Shown piece after piece: positions 30,842-42,821 of a stretch of 64,000 nt of DNA; positions within the stretch are counted from its first letter, which is position 1; the number at the start of each line of letters is the position of its first letter. The stretch is from Gemmatimonadaceae bacterium (GTDB taxonomy: Bacteria; Gemmatimonadota; Gemmatimonadetes; Gemmatimonadales; Gemmatimonadaceae), in assembly GCA_051859245.1 (NCBI GenBank), contig JBHYGA010000001.1, positions 1,725,722 through 1,789,721 on the forward strand, written 5' to 3'. The position numbers and the translations under genes were made by a program. The notes beneath the pieces are model-generated. The model was not told the origin of the DNA. It ran no database searches and saw only the letters and a list, made by a program, of their open reading frames with translations.

Positions 30842-31444
30842 GTGACGGATCTCCTGAACTGGCTCGGCGCGCTGCCGGCGCCGCTGCTCTATCTCGTGAT
30901 TGCGGCGGCCGCGTTCGCCGAGAACATCTTTCCGCCACTCCCGGCCGATACGGCTATCGCGCTCGGTGCGTTCGTCGCGGCGCGGGGCGAAGGGTCAGCG
31001 GTCGGCGCATGGGCGGCCACGATGATCGGCAACCTTGGCGGCGCACTCATGATGTTCGTGCTCGGTCGCCGTCTTGGCGCTGACTGGCTGCGTCGCAAAC
31101 TGCCAATCCTTGGCGGTCCGGAGGGCGCCGCTCGTGTACAGGCGGCGTACGTAAAACACGGTGTGTGGTCACTGGCCGTGAGTCGTTTCATTCCGGCGGT
31201 GCGTGCCGTGGTACCACCGCTCGCGGGCGCGCTGAAAGTGGGTCTCGTGCGCGCGATGATCGCCATGAGCCTCGCGTCGGCAATCTGGTACGGACTCATC
31301 ACATGGTTTGCGTTCACGCTCGGTGCGAACGCCGAGGCGCTGCTCGCGGTGGTGGGGCAGAGTCAGCGAGTCGCAGCGATCGTCGCGGTTGCCGTCGTGG
31401 TGGTGGCCCTCGCGGTGTGGTGGGTGAGGCGGCGAAAGCCCTGA
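30842..31444 (+). CDS. DedA/SNARE-associated family membrane protein
   Basis: ENIFPPLPAD, SRFIPAVR, AG motifs, hydrophobic profile. Confidence 0.9.
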   Translation: MTDLLNWLGALPAPLLYLVIAAAAFAENIFPPLPADTAIALGAFVAARGEGSAVGAWAATMIGNLGGALMMFVLGRRLGADWLRRKLPILGGPEGAARVQAAYVKHGVWSLAVSRFIPAVRAVVPPLAGALKVGLVRAMIAMSLASAIWYGLITWFAFTLGANAEALLAVVGQSQRVAAIVAVAVVVVALAVWWVRRRKP

Positions 31445-31640
31445 GGTCGTTTTGCGGCCATGACAAGCCATGCCGTTCATCACGGTGTTTCACACGGTAT
31501 TCCTGCCACATGGCTGTACGGGTTACACTTTCGTACATGAATGCGATCAGATTGGTCCCCGACGTGAACGTTCCTCTACTGCACGGCGCTGAAGTCACGG
31601 CCCGAGTCAGCGATTCGTTCCGAAGGTGCGACTGAGCACC

Positions 31641-32810
31641 ATGCGACGACTGCTGCTGACACTCGGCGCACTGGTGCTGATTACGGTTGTACTCGCGTTC
31701 ACGGCGCTGCCACGATGGGTGGACTACGACCTGAATCGCGTGGTCGCCGGCGCTCCGGTTGAAATATCACCGCAAGCGCAGACGCTGCACGCACGTCTGC
31801 GCATTGCCGATATGCACGACGATCTGCTGCTCTGGTCGCTGCGTGATCCGATTGCGCGTCACTCGCGAGGGCACACCGATGTGCCGAGGCTACTGGACGG
31901 CAATGTCACGCTGCAGATTTTCTCCACGGTGTCCAAGACGCCCAAGAATCAGAACTACGAGAGCAATACCGGCGACACGGACAACATCACGCTGCTCGCG
32001 ATTACACAGCGCTGGCCACTGGCGTCGTGGTCCAGCTTGTTCGAACGCGCGCGTCGCACCGCAACATCGCTTGACGCCGCGGCGGCACGGAGCAGCGGCG
32101 CCTTGCGCGTGGTGCGCTCGCAAGACGAACTCAGGCGCGGGCTGCAGGCACGCGACAGCGGCACGAATGTATTGCTTGGTGTGTTGTCGCTTGAAGGCAT
32201 GCAAGTGGCGGAAGGTCGCATCGAATTGGTCGACAGTCTGTTCGCCCTTGGCTTTCGCATGGGCGGACTCACGCATTTTTTCGACAATGAAGTTGGTGGA
32301 TCGGCGCACGGGGTGAGCAAGGCTGGCCTCACACCATTCGGTCGTGAAACGGTTGCGCGCATGGAGCAACTTGGCATGCTGGTGGATGTCGCACACGCGT
32401 CGCCGCAACTCATTGATGACATGCTGGCGATCGCCACGCGCCCGGTTGTAGTCTCGCACACGGGAGTGCAGGGCACCTGCGCGGGTGTACGAAATCTCAG
32501 CGACGATCATTTGCGACGCATTGCCGCAACCGGCGGCGTGATTGGGATCGGCTACTGGGACGCGGCCGTGTGCGAAATCACGCCGGCCAGCATTGCCCGG
32601 GCCATTCAATACGCGGTGAATGTGGCAGGCCCCGACCATGTCGCGCTCGGCTCCGACTGGGATGGTGCGGTAACCACGAGCTTTGACGCCACCGCGCTGG
32701 TGCGCATCACAGATGCATTGCTCGATGCCGGAATGTCAGAAGCGGTGATCGCGCAGGTGATGGGCGAGAATCTGCTACGTCTGCTCGGTCAGACACTGCC
32801 GCCCGCGTGA
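31641..32810 (+). CDS. Membrane dipeptidase (peptidase M19 family) with N-terminal anchor
   Basis: DMHDD, LSLEG, LTHFFDN, GLTPFG, VDVAH, SHTG, RNLSD, HVALGSDWDG, MGEN; start could be GTG 31626. Confidence 0.88.
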   Translation: MRRLLLTLGALVLITVVLAFTALPRWVDYDLNRVVAGAPVEISPQAQTLHARLRIADMHDDLLLWSLRDPIARHSRGHTDVPRLLDGNVTLQIFSTVSKTPKNQNYESNTGDTDNITLLAITQRWPLASWSSLFERARRTATSLDAAAARSSGALRVVRSQDELRRGLQARDSGTNVLLGVLSLEGMQVAEGRIELVDSLFALGFRMGGLTHFFDNEVGGSAHGVSKAGLTPFGRETVARMEQLGMLVDVAHASPQLIDDMLAIATRPVVVSHTGVQGTCAGVRNLSDDHLRRIAATGGVIGIGYWDAAVCEITPASIARAIQYAVNVAGPDHVALGSDWDGAVTTSFDATALVRITDALLDAGMSEAVIAQVMGENLLRLLGQTLPPA

Positions 32811-32838
32811 GACACACTACGCGGCACAGGCAAAGCAT

Positions 32839-33762
32839 ATGACCACACCAGACGAAGAGCGCGCGCAGCTCGATCGCGGATTTTTTCTGCGTCGGTTCGA
32901 AGACGTGCTCATTCTTGAGCACGGTGCGTCACCGCGCACGGTGGAAGCGTATGGACGCGATGTGATCCGCTGTGCCGCGTACGCCAGAGAGCACGGTGTG
33001 ACCGATGCGTCCAAGCTCACGCCGCGACTGTTGCGCGAGTATGTGTACACACTCAAGGATCTCGGCCTTTCCGGCGCCACGATTCGTCGCAATGTCAGTG
33101 CACTGCGCACGTGGTTTCGCGTGATGCTCGCCGAAGGTGTGGTCACGCACGATCCCACGGAGCGACTGGAAACACCGTCACGCTGGCGCACGCTGCCGGA
33201 AGTACTCACCGTGGAGGAAGTGCTCAAGCTCCTCGTTGCGCCGGGACTCGACGAACCACTCGCGTTCCGGGATCGCGCGATGCTCGAACTGGCCTACGGG
33301 GCGGGGTTGCGCGTGTCGGAATGGATCACGCTCGCCATTCGCGATGTATTGCTCGAAGAAAGTCTGGTGCGCGTGATGGGAAAGGGCAGCAAAGAGCGGC
33401 TCGTGCCAATCGGGCGTTCGGCGATCGGTGCGCTGGCCGTGTACATGCGCGAGCTGCGGCCTACACTGGAAAAGGGGGCAGGCGAGGGCATTCTGTTTCT
33501 GAATGCGCGCGGGGAGGCACTCTCGCGTATGGGTGCCTGGAAGATCCTGCGCAAGTACGTGCAGAAGGCCGGCATCGAGCGGCCGGTGTCGCCCCATACG
33601 CTGCGCCACTCGTTCGCCACTCACCTGCTCGAGGGCGGCGCCGATCTCCGCGCCGTACAGGAAATGCTGGGTCACGCCGACATCGCCACGACCCAGCTCT
33701 ACACGCACATCGACCGTGAGTATCTTCGGAGTGTGCATCGTTCGTTTCATCCGCGCCCGTAG
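32839..33762 (+). CDS. xerD: Site-specific tyrosine recombinase XerD
   Basis: RDRAMLELAYGAGLRVSE, GKGSKERLVP, SPHTLRHSFATHLLEGGADLRAVQEMLGHADIATTQLYTH; no mobile-element context. Confidence 0.88.
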   Translation: MTTPDEERAQLDRGFFLRRFEDVLILEHGASPRTVEAYGRDVIRCAAYAREHGVTDASKLTPRLLREYVYTLKDLGLSGATIRRNVSALRTWFRVMLAEGVVTHDPTERLETPSRWRTLPEVLTVEEVLKLLVAPGLDEPLAFRDRAMLELAYGAGLRVSEWITLAIRDVLLEESLVRVMGKGSKERLVPIGRSAIGALAVYMRELRPTLEKGAGEGILFLNARGEALSRMGAWKILRKYVQKAGIERPVSPHTLRHSFATHLLEGGADLRAVQEMLGHADIATTQLYTHIDREYLRSVHRSFHPRP

Positions 33763-33767
33763 CTCCC

Positions 33768-34370
33768 ATGATCCTCATCATCGACAACTACGATTCGTTC
33801 ACGTACAACCTCGTGCAGTACTTCGGCGAGCTTGGCGCAACGATGGACGTGCGACGCAATGATGCGCTCACCGTTGAAGACGTCGCCCACCTCGCACCTG
33901 ATGCGATCGTGATTTCGCCAGGACCGTGCTCACCGAGTGAGGCCGGGGTGTCGGTCCCGATGATTCAGCGGTGGGGCGCAGAAATCCCGATTCTCGGAGT
34001 CTGCCTCGGGCATCAGGCCATCGGTGAGGCGTACGGCGGCAAGGTGGTGCGGGCCGGGCGAGTGATGCACGGAAAGGTCTCCCGCATCGTGCACAGCGGC
34101 ACGGGGCTGTTCAACCAGCTGCCCTCACCGCTCGAAGTGATGCGCTACCACTCGCTGCTCGTGGAAACCGCGTCGCTGCCGACCGAACTTGAAGTGCTTG
34201 CGGTCGCCGAGGATGATGCGAACGAGATTCATGCACTCAAGCACCGCACGCATCCGGTGTATGGGGTGCAGTTCCACCCCGAGTCTATTCTGACGCAGGG
34301 TGGGAAACAGCTCCTCACCAACTTTCTGGCGTTGGCTGCGGAGTTTCGTGCGGCTTCGGTGCACGTTTAA
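33768..34370 (+). CDS. Anthranilate/aminodeoxychorismate synthase component II (TrpG/PabA glutamine amidotransferase)
   Basis: IDNYDSFTYNL, SPGP, GVCLGHQ, RYHSL, QFHPES. Confidence 0.93.
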   Translation: MILIIDNYDSFTYNLVQYFGELGATMDVRRNDALTVEDVAHLAPDAIVISPGPCSPSEAGVSVPMIQRWGAEIPILGVCLGHQAIGEAYGGKVVRAGRVMHGKVSRIVHSGTGLFNQLPSPLEVMRYHSLLVETASLPTELEVLAVAEDDANEIHALKHRTHPVYGVQFHPESILTQGGKQLLTNFLALAAEFRAASVHV

Positions 34371-34387
34371 CCGCATTTGCCCGCGTC

Positions 34388-35380
34388 CTACGCCCGGTCG
34401 TCGTCCCCAACCAGCGGCGTCGTCTCGGGATCAACCACCGGTATCGGCGCGTCAGGCGGCGGAGGAATAATGAGCGACGCCAGCACGCTCGCGAGCAACA
34501 ACCCGCCCACCACGCCGAGCGCAATGCCAATCGGAATCGGGTAGTGTTCGGATACGAGCATTTTCACACCGACAAACGCCAGCACCGCGGACAACCCGTA
34601 CTTGAGCAAATGAAACTTGCCAATCACGCCGGCGAGCACGAAGTACAGCGAACGCAATCCAAGAATTGCGAACACGTTTGACGTGTAGACCAAAAACGGA
34701 TCTCGCGTCACACCAAAAATCGCCGGAATCGAATCGAGCGCGAACACCAGATCGGTAGTTTCCACGAGCGCCAGCACGACGAACAGCGGCGTGGCCATCC
34801 AACGCACCTGGTCCCCAGGTCGCGGCGACTCGCGCACGAAAAAATGTTCGCCGCGATACTGCGCCGTCACCGGTAGCAGGCGTCGCACGAGACGGATGAC
34901 CGGATTCGACTCCGGTTCCATCGCGTTGTCATGCGAAAACGCCATGCGAATGCCGGTGAACACCAGAAACGCACCGAAGATGTAGATCACCCAGTGGTAT
35001 CGCGCCAACAACGCCGCACCTACCGCGATCATCGCGCCGCGCATGATCAGCGCCCCGAGAATGCCCCAGAACAGCACGCGATGCTGCAGCTCAGGCGGCA
35101 CGCGGAAATACCCAAAGATCAGAATGAACACGAAGAGGTTGTCGACCGACAGCGCCTCTTCCACCAGATACCCCGCGAAAAACTCAAGCGCGGGCTGTTT
35201 TCCCATCGTCATCCAGATTCCCACGCCGAACACAATCGCCAGCGTCACCCAGACGACGCTCCAGCTGAGCGCCTCCTTCATGGTGACGGCGCGGGAATGT
35301 CGGTGGAATACTCCGAGATCGAGCGCCAGGAGACCCAGCACCAGCGCGTTAAATGCGACCCACCACCACGGGTTGGACAT
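34388..35380 (-). CDS. TerC/Alx family metal-homeostasis membrane protein
   Basis: LALDLG, GYLVEEALSVDNLFVF, QHRVLFWG, ETTDLVFALDSIPA, SNVFAILGLRSLYF. Confidence 0.93.
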   Translation of the reverse strand: MSNPWWWVAFNALVLGLLALDLGVFHRHSRAVTMKEALSWSVVWVTLAIVFGVGIWMTMGKQPALEFFAGYLVEEALSVDNLFVFILIFGYFRVPPELQHRVLFWGILGALIMRGAMIAVGAALLARYHWVIYIFGAFLVFTGIRMAFSHDNAMEPESNPVIRLVRRLLPVTAQYRGEHFFVRESPRPGDQVRWMATPLFVVLALVETTDLVFALDSIPAIFGVTRDPFLVYTSNVFAILGLRSLYFVLAGVIGKFHLLKYGLSAVLAFVGVKMLVSEHYPIPIGIALGVVGGLLLASVLASLIIPPPPDAPIPVVDPETTPLVGDDDRA

Positions 35381-35416
35381 GCAGTTCCAAGAGGGAGAAA
35401 AGCGCCGTTCAGCGGT

Positions 35417-35445
35417 TTGCCTAATCGCGCTGGAGACCGTATCTT
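35417..35445 (+). promoter_or_regulatory. Putative sigma70 promoter of kdsB-pyrG-kds-lpt-rpoN-GT gene run
   Basis: TTGCCT-N17-TATCTT in the divergent terC/kdsB gap. Confidence 0.55.
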
Positions 35446-35490
35446 AAAGGGCGTGAATCTTGCTGCAACAGCGCCGGAGCAAAAGCCGTT

Positions 35491-37988
<2,498 letters not shown>

Positions 37989-37989
37989 C

Positions 37990-38808
37990 GTGACGGTCAC
38001 AGCGTTTCCCACGAACGCGTTGTTTCTCATCGCGGGCCCGTGTCAACTCGAAGATGACGCGCTCAACCTGCGTGTTGCGGAATCGCTCGCGCGTCTCGCA
38101 GAGCGTGTACCGGGCGGCGTGATTTACAAAGCATCGTTCGACAAAGCGAATCGCAGTAATCCCGGAGCCGCACGCGGTCCGGGACTCGAAGCCGGACTCG
38201 CGGCGCTTGATCGTGTCCGGAGCGCGAGCGGATTGCGCATCCTCACCGATGTGCACGAGGCGTCGCAATGCGCGCCTGCCGCGCAGGTTGTCGACGTGTT
38301 GCAGATTCCCGCCTTTCTCTGCCGCCAAACCGATTTGCTCGAAGCCGCGGGCGCAACAGGCAAGCCGGTGAACGTAAAGAAAGGGCAGTGGATGCACCCC
38401 GAAGGAATGCTCGGTGCCGTACGCAAAGTTGAGCATGCCCGAGCTAGGCCTTCGCGTGATGGGATTGCCGTCACAGAGCGCGGCACGTTTTTCGGTTACG
38501 GCGACCTCGTGGTGGATATGCGTTCATTCGCCCGGATGCATCAAAGTTGTGGCGTGCCGGTGATCATGGATGGTACACACAGTGTGCAGCGCCCTGGGAT
38601 GGGCGCGGAGGGCGCCAGCGGTGGTGCGCGCGAGTTCGTGGGCACGCTGACGCTCGCCGCGATCGCGTCAGGCGCACACGGCTTGTTCCTCGAAACGCAC
38701 CCTGATCCGGACAATGCACCAAGCGACGGGCCGAACATGCTGAAGCTCGAGGCACTTTCGGATCTGATGGATCGCGCAATCGACATCTGGGGCCGGATCC
38801 ACGCATGA
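37990..38808 (+). CDS. kdsA: KDO 8-phosphate synthase
   Basis: IAGPC, KASFDKANRS, QIPAFLCRQTDL, NVKKGQ, ERG..FGY, THSVQ, SDG; GTG start 37990 right after pyrG stop. Confidence 0.95.
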   Translation: MTVTAFPTNALFLIAGPCQLEDDALNLRVAESLARLAERVPGGVIYKASFDKANRSNPGAARGPGLEAGLAALDRVRSASGLRILTDVHEASQCAPAAQVVDVLQIPAFLCRQTDLLEAAGATGKPVNVKKGQWMHPEGMLGAVRKVEHARARPSRDGIAVTERGTFFGYGDLVVDMRSFARMHQSCGVPVIMDGTHSVQRPGMGAEGASGGAREFVGTLTLAAIASGAHGLFLETHPDPDNAPSDGPNMLKLEALSDLMDRAIDIWGRIHA

Positions 38809-39437
38809 CGCACTCTCCGGAGCACGAATTGCCTCCGGTTCGGATCGTCAGCCCTGTGATTGATGAAGCGCTGGCGCGACGGATCCGGGTGATCGGTTTG
38901 GACGTAGACGGCACTCTGACCGATGGTGGCGTGTATCTCGGAGCAGGCGCGGACGGCGAGCGCGTGATTCCCTTCGAGTTCAAGCGATATGACATTCAGG
39001 ATGGCCTCGGCGTGTGGTTGCTGCGTCAAGCCGGAATCAAGGTGGCCATTGTGACAGGTCGTGTCTCAGCGAGTGTTGAGACGCGGGCGCGAGAGCTGCA
39101 GGTGGATGCGCTCGCGCAAGATCCGCACGCACGGAAGCTGGCGGCGTGGGATCGGGTGCTCGCGGACCTTGGCTGCACGAACGACGAAGCCGCGTTTGTG
39201 GGCGACGATCTCCCTGATCTCCCGATCCTGCAGCGCGTGGCGCTCCCTGTGGCAGTTGGGAATGCCGTGCCCGAAGTGCGACGCATCTGCACGTGGCAGC
39301 TGGAAAAGCGCGGCGGACATGGCGCCGTTCGAGAGTTTGCCGAAGGACTGCTCAACGCACGCGATGAATGGAACAGTGCGGTCGCCGAATATGTGCGCAG
39401 TCGGAGCGAAGCGTCTCCCACCGAGGCCAGCTCGTGA
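38805..39437 (+). CDS. kdsC: KDO 8-phosphate phosphatase (HAD family)
   Basis: LDVDGTLTDG, DG.G, VTGR, VGDDLPD, GGHGAVRE. Confidence 0.92.
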   Translation: MTHSPEHELPPVRIVSPVIDEALARRIRVIGLDVDGTLTDGGVYLGAGADGERVIPFEFKRYDIQDGLGVWLLRQAGIKVAIVTGRVSASVETRARELQVDALAQDPHARKLAAWDRVLADLGCTNDEAAFVGDDLPDLPILQRVALPVAVGNAVPEVRRICTWQLEKRGGHGAVREFAEGLLNARDEWNSAVAEYVRSRSEASPTEASS

Positions 39438-40432
39438 CAACACTCGAAACGTCGATCCCGAACACACCCCATGCGGCTGACACCATCATTGAGCGCGGTC
39501 GTCGTGTCCTCACGCTTGAGCGCGATGCGCTCGAGGCGTTGTCGCGCACGCTCGGCGAAGAGTTTGCGCGTGCCGTTCGCCTGATTGCCGAAAGCAAAGG
39601 GCGCGTAATTGTGGCCGGTGTGGGCAAGTCGGGGTTGGTAGGTCGGAAGATTGCCGCCACGTTCACCTCCACCGGAACTCCGGCCATGTTCCTGCATCCC
39701 GTGGAAAGTGTGCACGGCGATTTGGGCATTGTCGGACCAGATGACGTGGCGATTTTGCTGAGTAAGAGCGGCGAAACCACCGAGCTGCTTGGCTTGATCG
39801 AAGCATTGGCCCGACTTGGCGTGCGCATGATTGCCATGACAGCCGACAAGCACTCGCGCCTTGCACGCCATGCCGATGTCGTGCTGGATCTGGGCGTCAA
39901 AGAAGAAGCGTGTCCGCATGACCTTGCGCCAACAACCAGCACCACGGCAACACTCGCACTCGGCGATGCCCTCGCGGTGGCGTTGCTGCAGGAACGCGGG
40001 TTCGGGTCCGAAGATTTTGCGCGCTTGCATCCGGGTGGCGCTCTGGGACGCAAACTGCTCACGCGCGTGCGTGATGTCATGGTCACATCGCCGCTGCCAA
40101 CCGTTGGTGCGAATGCCACGATGCGTGAGGCCACGGTTTGCCTCGCTGGTCGACGCGGCATCGCGATTGTGGTTAACGAAGCACGCATGATTGGCGTGAT
40201 CACGGCTGGCGATCTGGCTCGACTGCTGGAGCGAGAGCCTGACGCGCTGAGCGTGCCTGTCAGCCAGGTCATGACGCGCGAGCCGCGCGCCGCGACAGAG
40301 GGAGAGCTCGGCAGTGCGGTCGTGCATCGCATGGAAACACACGGCATCATGGCGATGCCGGTACTAAACGACGAAGGGGTTCTTGTGGGTGTAGTCCATT
40401 TGCACGATCTGATGCGCGCCGGAGCAGTGTGA
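39434..40432 (+). CDS. kdsD: Arabinose 5-phosphate isomerase (KpsF/GutQ; SIS+CBS)
   Basis: GVGKSG..GRKIAAT..STGTP, HGDLG, SKSGET, EACP..LAPTTST, HPGGALG; GTGA coupling to kdsC. Confidence 0.94.
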   Translation: MTTLETSIPNTPHAADTIIERGRRVLTLERDALEALSRTLGEEFARAVRLIAESKGRVIVAGVGKSGLVGRKIAATFTSTGTPAMFLHPVESVHGDLGIVGPDDVAILLSKSGETTELLGLIEALARLGVRMIAMTADKHSRLARHADVVLDLGVKEEACPHDLAPTTSTTATLALGDALAVALLQERGFGSEDFARLHPGGALGRKLLTRVRDVMVTSPLPTVGANATMREATVCLAGRRGIAIVVNEARMIGVITAGDLARLLEREPDALSVPVSQVMTREPRAATEGELGSAVVHRMETHGIMAMPVLNDEGVLVGVVHLHDLMRAGAV

Positions 40433-40992
40433 TGACGCGCATTGCACGACTTCTTGTTTTTGCAGGCGCGTTTGGCGTAACGCTCGCCGCATGCGGTGAT
40501 TCAACCGGGACCACGCCGCAGGCCGGTGATTCCGTGTTGCCCGACTCCGCCGAAGCGATGGGCTGGGGAATTACGGTCATGCTCACGAACAATGGTGTGG
40601 CCAAGGGCGAGTTGCTCGCGGATACGACGCTGTTTTACGACAGCAATAATCGCCTCGAACTGCTTAAGTTCAGCGTCACGTTCTTCAACGCGCTCGGTGA
40701 AAAAGACGGGCTGCTTACCGCGAAAGAAGGCACCTACAACAAGCGACTCAACCGCCTCGAGGCGCGCGGCAACGTGGTGGTCGTGCGCGAAGACGGGAAG
40801 CGTCTCGAGACGCCACAGCTCGTGTACGATGAACTGCGGAATCAGATGTTCAGCGACAGCAGTTTCGTGCTCAACGAACCGCCCAAGCGACAGATCACTG
40901 GCATCGGCTTTGAGTCGGACCCGCAGCTCACGAAGTTTCGCGTGATGAAGAACTTCAAGGGTGTGGCGCCGGTCAAAGTGGAGACGCCGTGA
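40429..40992 (+). CDS. lptC: LPS export protein LptC (lipoprotein form)
   Basis: Lipobox LAAC; EARGNVVV, LET.QL.YD, ITG.GFESD jellyroll motifs; kdsD-lptC-lptA-lptB order. Confidence 0.85.
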   Translation: MMTRIARLLVFAGAFGVTLAACGDSTGTTPQAGDSVLPDSAEAMGWGITVMLTNNGVAKGELLADTTLFYDSNNRLELLKFSVTFFNALGEKDGLLTAKEGTYNKRLNRLEARGNVVVVREDGKRLETPQLVYDELRNQMFSDSSFVLNEPPKRQITGIGFESDPQLTKFRVMKNFKGVAPVKVETP

Positions 40993-42821
40993 GCAGACGT
41001 GTGCTTTCCGCCCGAGGTGTACTACTCGGCGCGGTGATCACAAGTACCGTGCTGGCCGGCTGCTTTGGTGGTCGTCGTGGTCGTCCTGCAGAGACGCCCG
41101 CAGCAACTCCAGACTCAGCACCCGTCGTGGCCCCACCGGTCACGCGCGATGACTCCCTTCGCGCAGACTCACTGCGTGCGGATTCCGTGGCGCGTGCGCG
41201 TGTGGCCGACAGCATTGCGCGGGCTGACAGTGCACGCGTTGGTCAGCCGCTTCGTGACACGACCGTGGCCGCACAGGATAGTGCGAAAAAAGTCACGGTG
41301 CCTGCCAAGAAGAAGCCGGCTCGCGACTGCGTGCTCGATCTCAATGAGAACCCGCCCGACTCACGAGTGCTCAGCAACCTGCTCAACGACGGTTCGCGCA
41401 CCACGTTTATCGGCGGCGGCTTTTTTGCGCGCTGCCAGGGTGAACCGCAAACGATTCGCGCGGACAGCGCCGAGCAATACGAAAACGCCGGCGTGCTGAT
41501 TCTCGTCGGCAACGTGATTTTCGAAGAGCCGGGCAAGATCCGCGTCACGGCGCCAAGCGCCACGTACTTTCAGCAGGAAGAAAAGATCGTGGGTTATGGC
41601 GGCGTGGTGGCCACTGATATTCCCACAGGCTCCACATTCACAGGCCCCACCATCGAGTACTTTCGCGCCGCCTCGTTTCGACCGGAAGCACGACTCTTCG
41701 CGCCGCAGCGGCCCACCATGCGGCTGATCGAAAAAGACTCTACGGGCGCTGAACGTCCGCCCGTAAGCATTACGGCCAATCAGCTGGAGCAGCGCGGCGA
41801 TACCACGCTCGCGGGATGGGGCGACGTGGTCATTACGCGACAGGACATTGAAGGCCGCAGCGATAGCGCGTCGTTCAACAAGTTCACGGAGAACGCTCGC
41901 CTGATTCGGAACGCCTCGATCGTATCCTCGGACACCACGCGATCGTTCCGATTGGTCGGCGACTCCATCGACATGTTCAGCAAGGACCGCGTGCTCGAGC
42001 GCGTGATCGCCATGCATCGCGCGCAGGCAACAAGCAATGATGTGTCCATGCGCGCGGAACGCGTCGAAATGCATCTCGATTCGGCGCGAGTTGATCGAGC
42101 GTGGGCGTACGGCACTGGTCGCTCGTACGCGGAAACGTCATCGCAGCAGCTCGAAGCCGACTCAATTGAAATTCTGATGCCGGGCCAGTTGGTTCGTACG
42201 CTGAATGCCACCGGCAAGGCGCTCGCATTCGGCACACCGGACAGCACGCGCATTCGAAACGCCGAGCGTGATGTGCTGTCGGGCGACACGATCATCGCGT
42301 CGTTTGATACCATCACCACACCGCCTGACACGTCGCCCAAGAGCGAAATCAGGGAGGTGATCGCGATCGCCAGTGCAAGTGCACGGTACCAGATTCCATC
42401 AGGTCGCGGCGCGAGTTGTCCGCCCGGCATCAACTACGTGCGAGGGAAACGCATCGTCGTGGCCTTTGACTCCAGTAGTGTTCGCACAGTGACCGTGGAC
42501 TCCGCCGCCTCGGGCGTGTACCTCGAACCCGCGCCGGACTCGCTGGGCGACAGCACGCGCGTCCTCTGCACACCGCCCCCTGACAGCGCCGGCGATTCAC
42601 TCCGCGTGCTGCCCCCCGACTCGACGCGCCCGCCCGTTACGGTGCCCCCTGATTCCGTACGCCCACCCGCGACCGTACCGCCCGCACGGCCGCGAACGTT
42701 CGGCGCACATTTGGTCGCGCCCCCGCTAAATTCCGAATTGATTCATGAACCGCGCAGACTCTACGCGGTCCTTCCTTTGACTCGCCCACATGACAGAACA
42801 CACGCCCGCCGAGCACGATGA
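40989..42821 (+). CDS. Large OstA/LptA-like beta-jellyroll lipoprotein with D-S/T-rich disordered arms
   Basis: Lipobox LAGC; IRADSA, LVGNV, WGDVVI, LSGDTI jellyroll-type strands; lies between lptC and lptB. Confidence 0.75.
   Translation: MSRRVLSARGVLLGAVITSTVLAGCFGGRRGRPAETPAATPDSAPVVAPPVTRDDSLRADSLRADSVARARVADSIARADSARVGQPLRDTTVAAQDSAKKVTVPAKKKPARDCVLDLNENPPDSRVLSNLLNDGSRTTFIGGGFFARCQGEPQTIRADSAEQYENAGVLILVGNVIFEEPGKIRVTAPSATYFQQEEKIVGYGGVVATDIPTGSTFTGPTIEYFRAASFRPEARLFAPQRPTMRLIEKDSTGAERPPVSITANQLEQRGDTTLAGWGDVVITRQDIEGRSDSASFNKFTENARLIRNASIVSSDTTRSFRLVGDSIDMFSKDRVLERVIAMHRAQATSNDVSMRAERVEMHLDSARVDRAWAYGTGRSYAETSSQQLEADSIEILMPGQLVRTLNATGKALAFGTPDSTRIRNAERDVLSGDTIIASFDTITTPPDTSPKSEIREVIAIASASARYQIPSGRGASCPPGINYVRGKRIVVAFDSSSVRTVTVDSAASGVYLEPAPDSLGDSTRVLCTPPPDSAGDSLRVLPPDSTRPPVTVPPDSVRPPATVPPARPRTFGAHLVAPPLNSELIHEPRRLYAVLPLTRPHDRTHARRAR

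Noticed and set aside
32839..33762. Tyrosine recombinase as a prophage or island integrase
   Set aside because: XerD-type sequence and size, housekeeping neighbours, no att repeats or cargo
35381..35490. yybP-ykoY (Mn) riboswitch upstream of terC
   Set aside because: The 110-bp gap also holds the divergent kdsB promoter and I could not recognise the aptamer; an Infernal search would settle it
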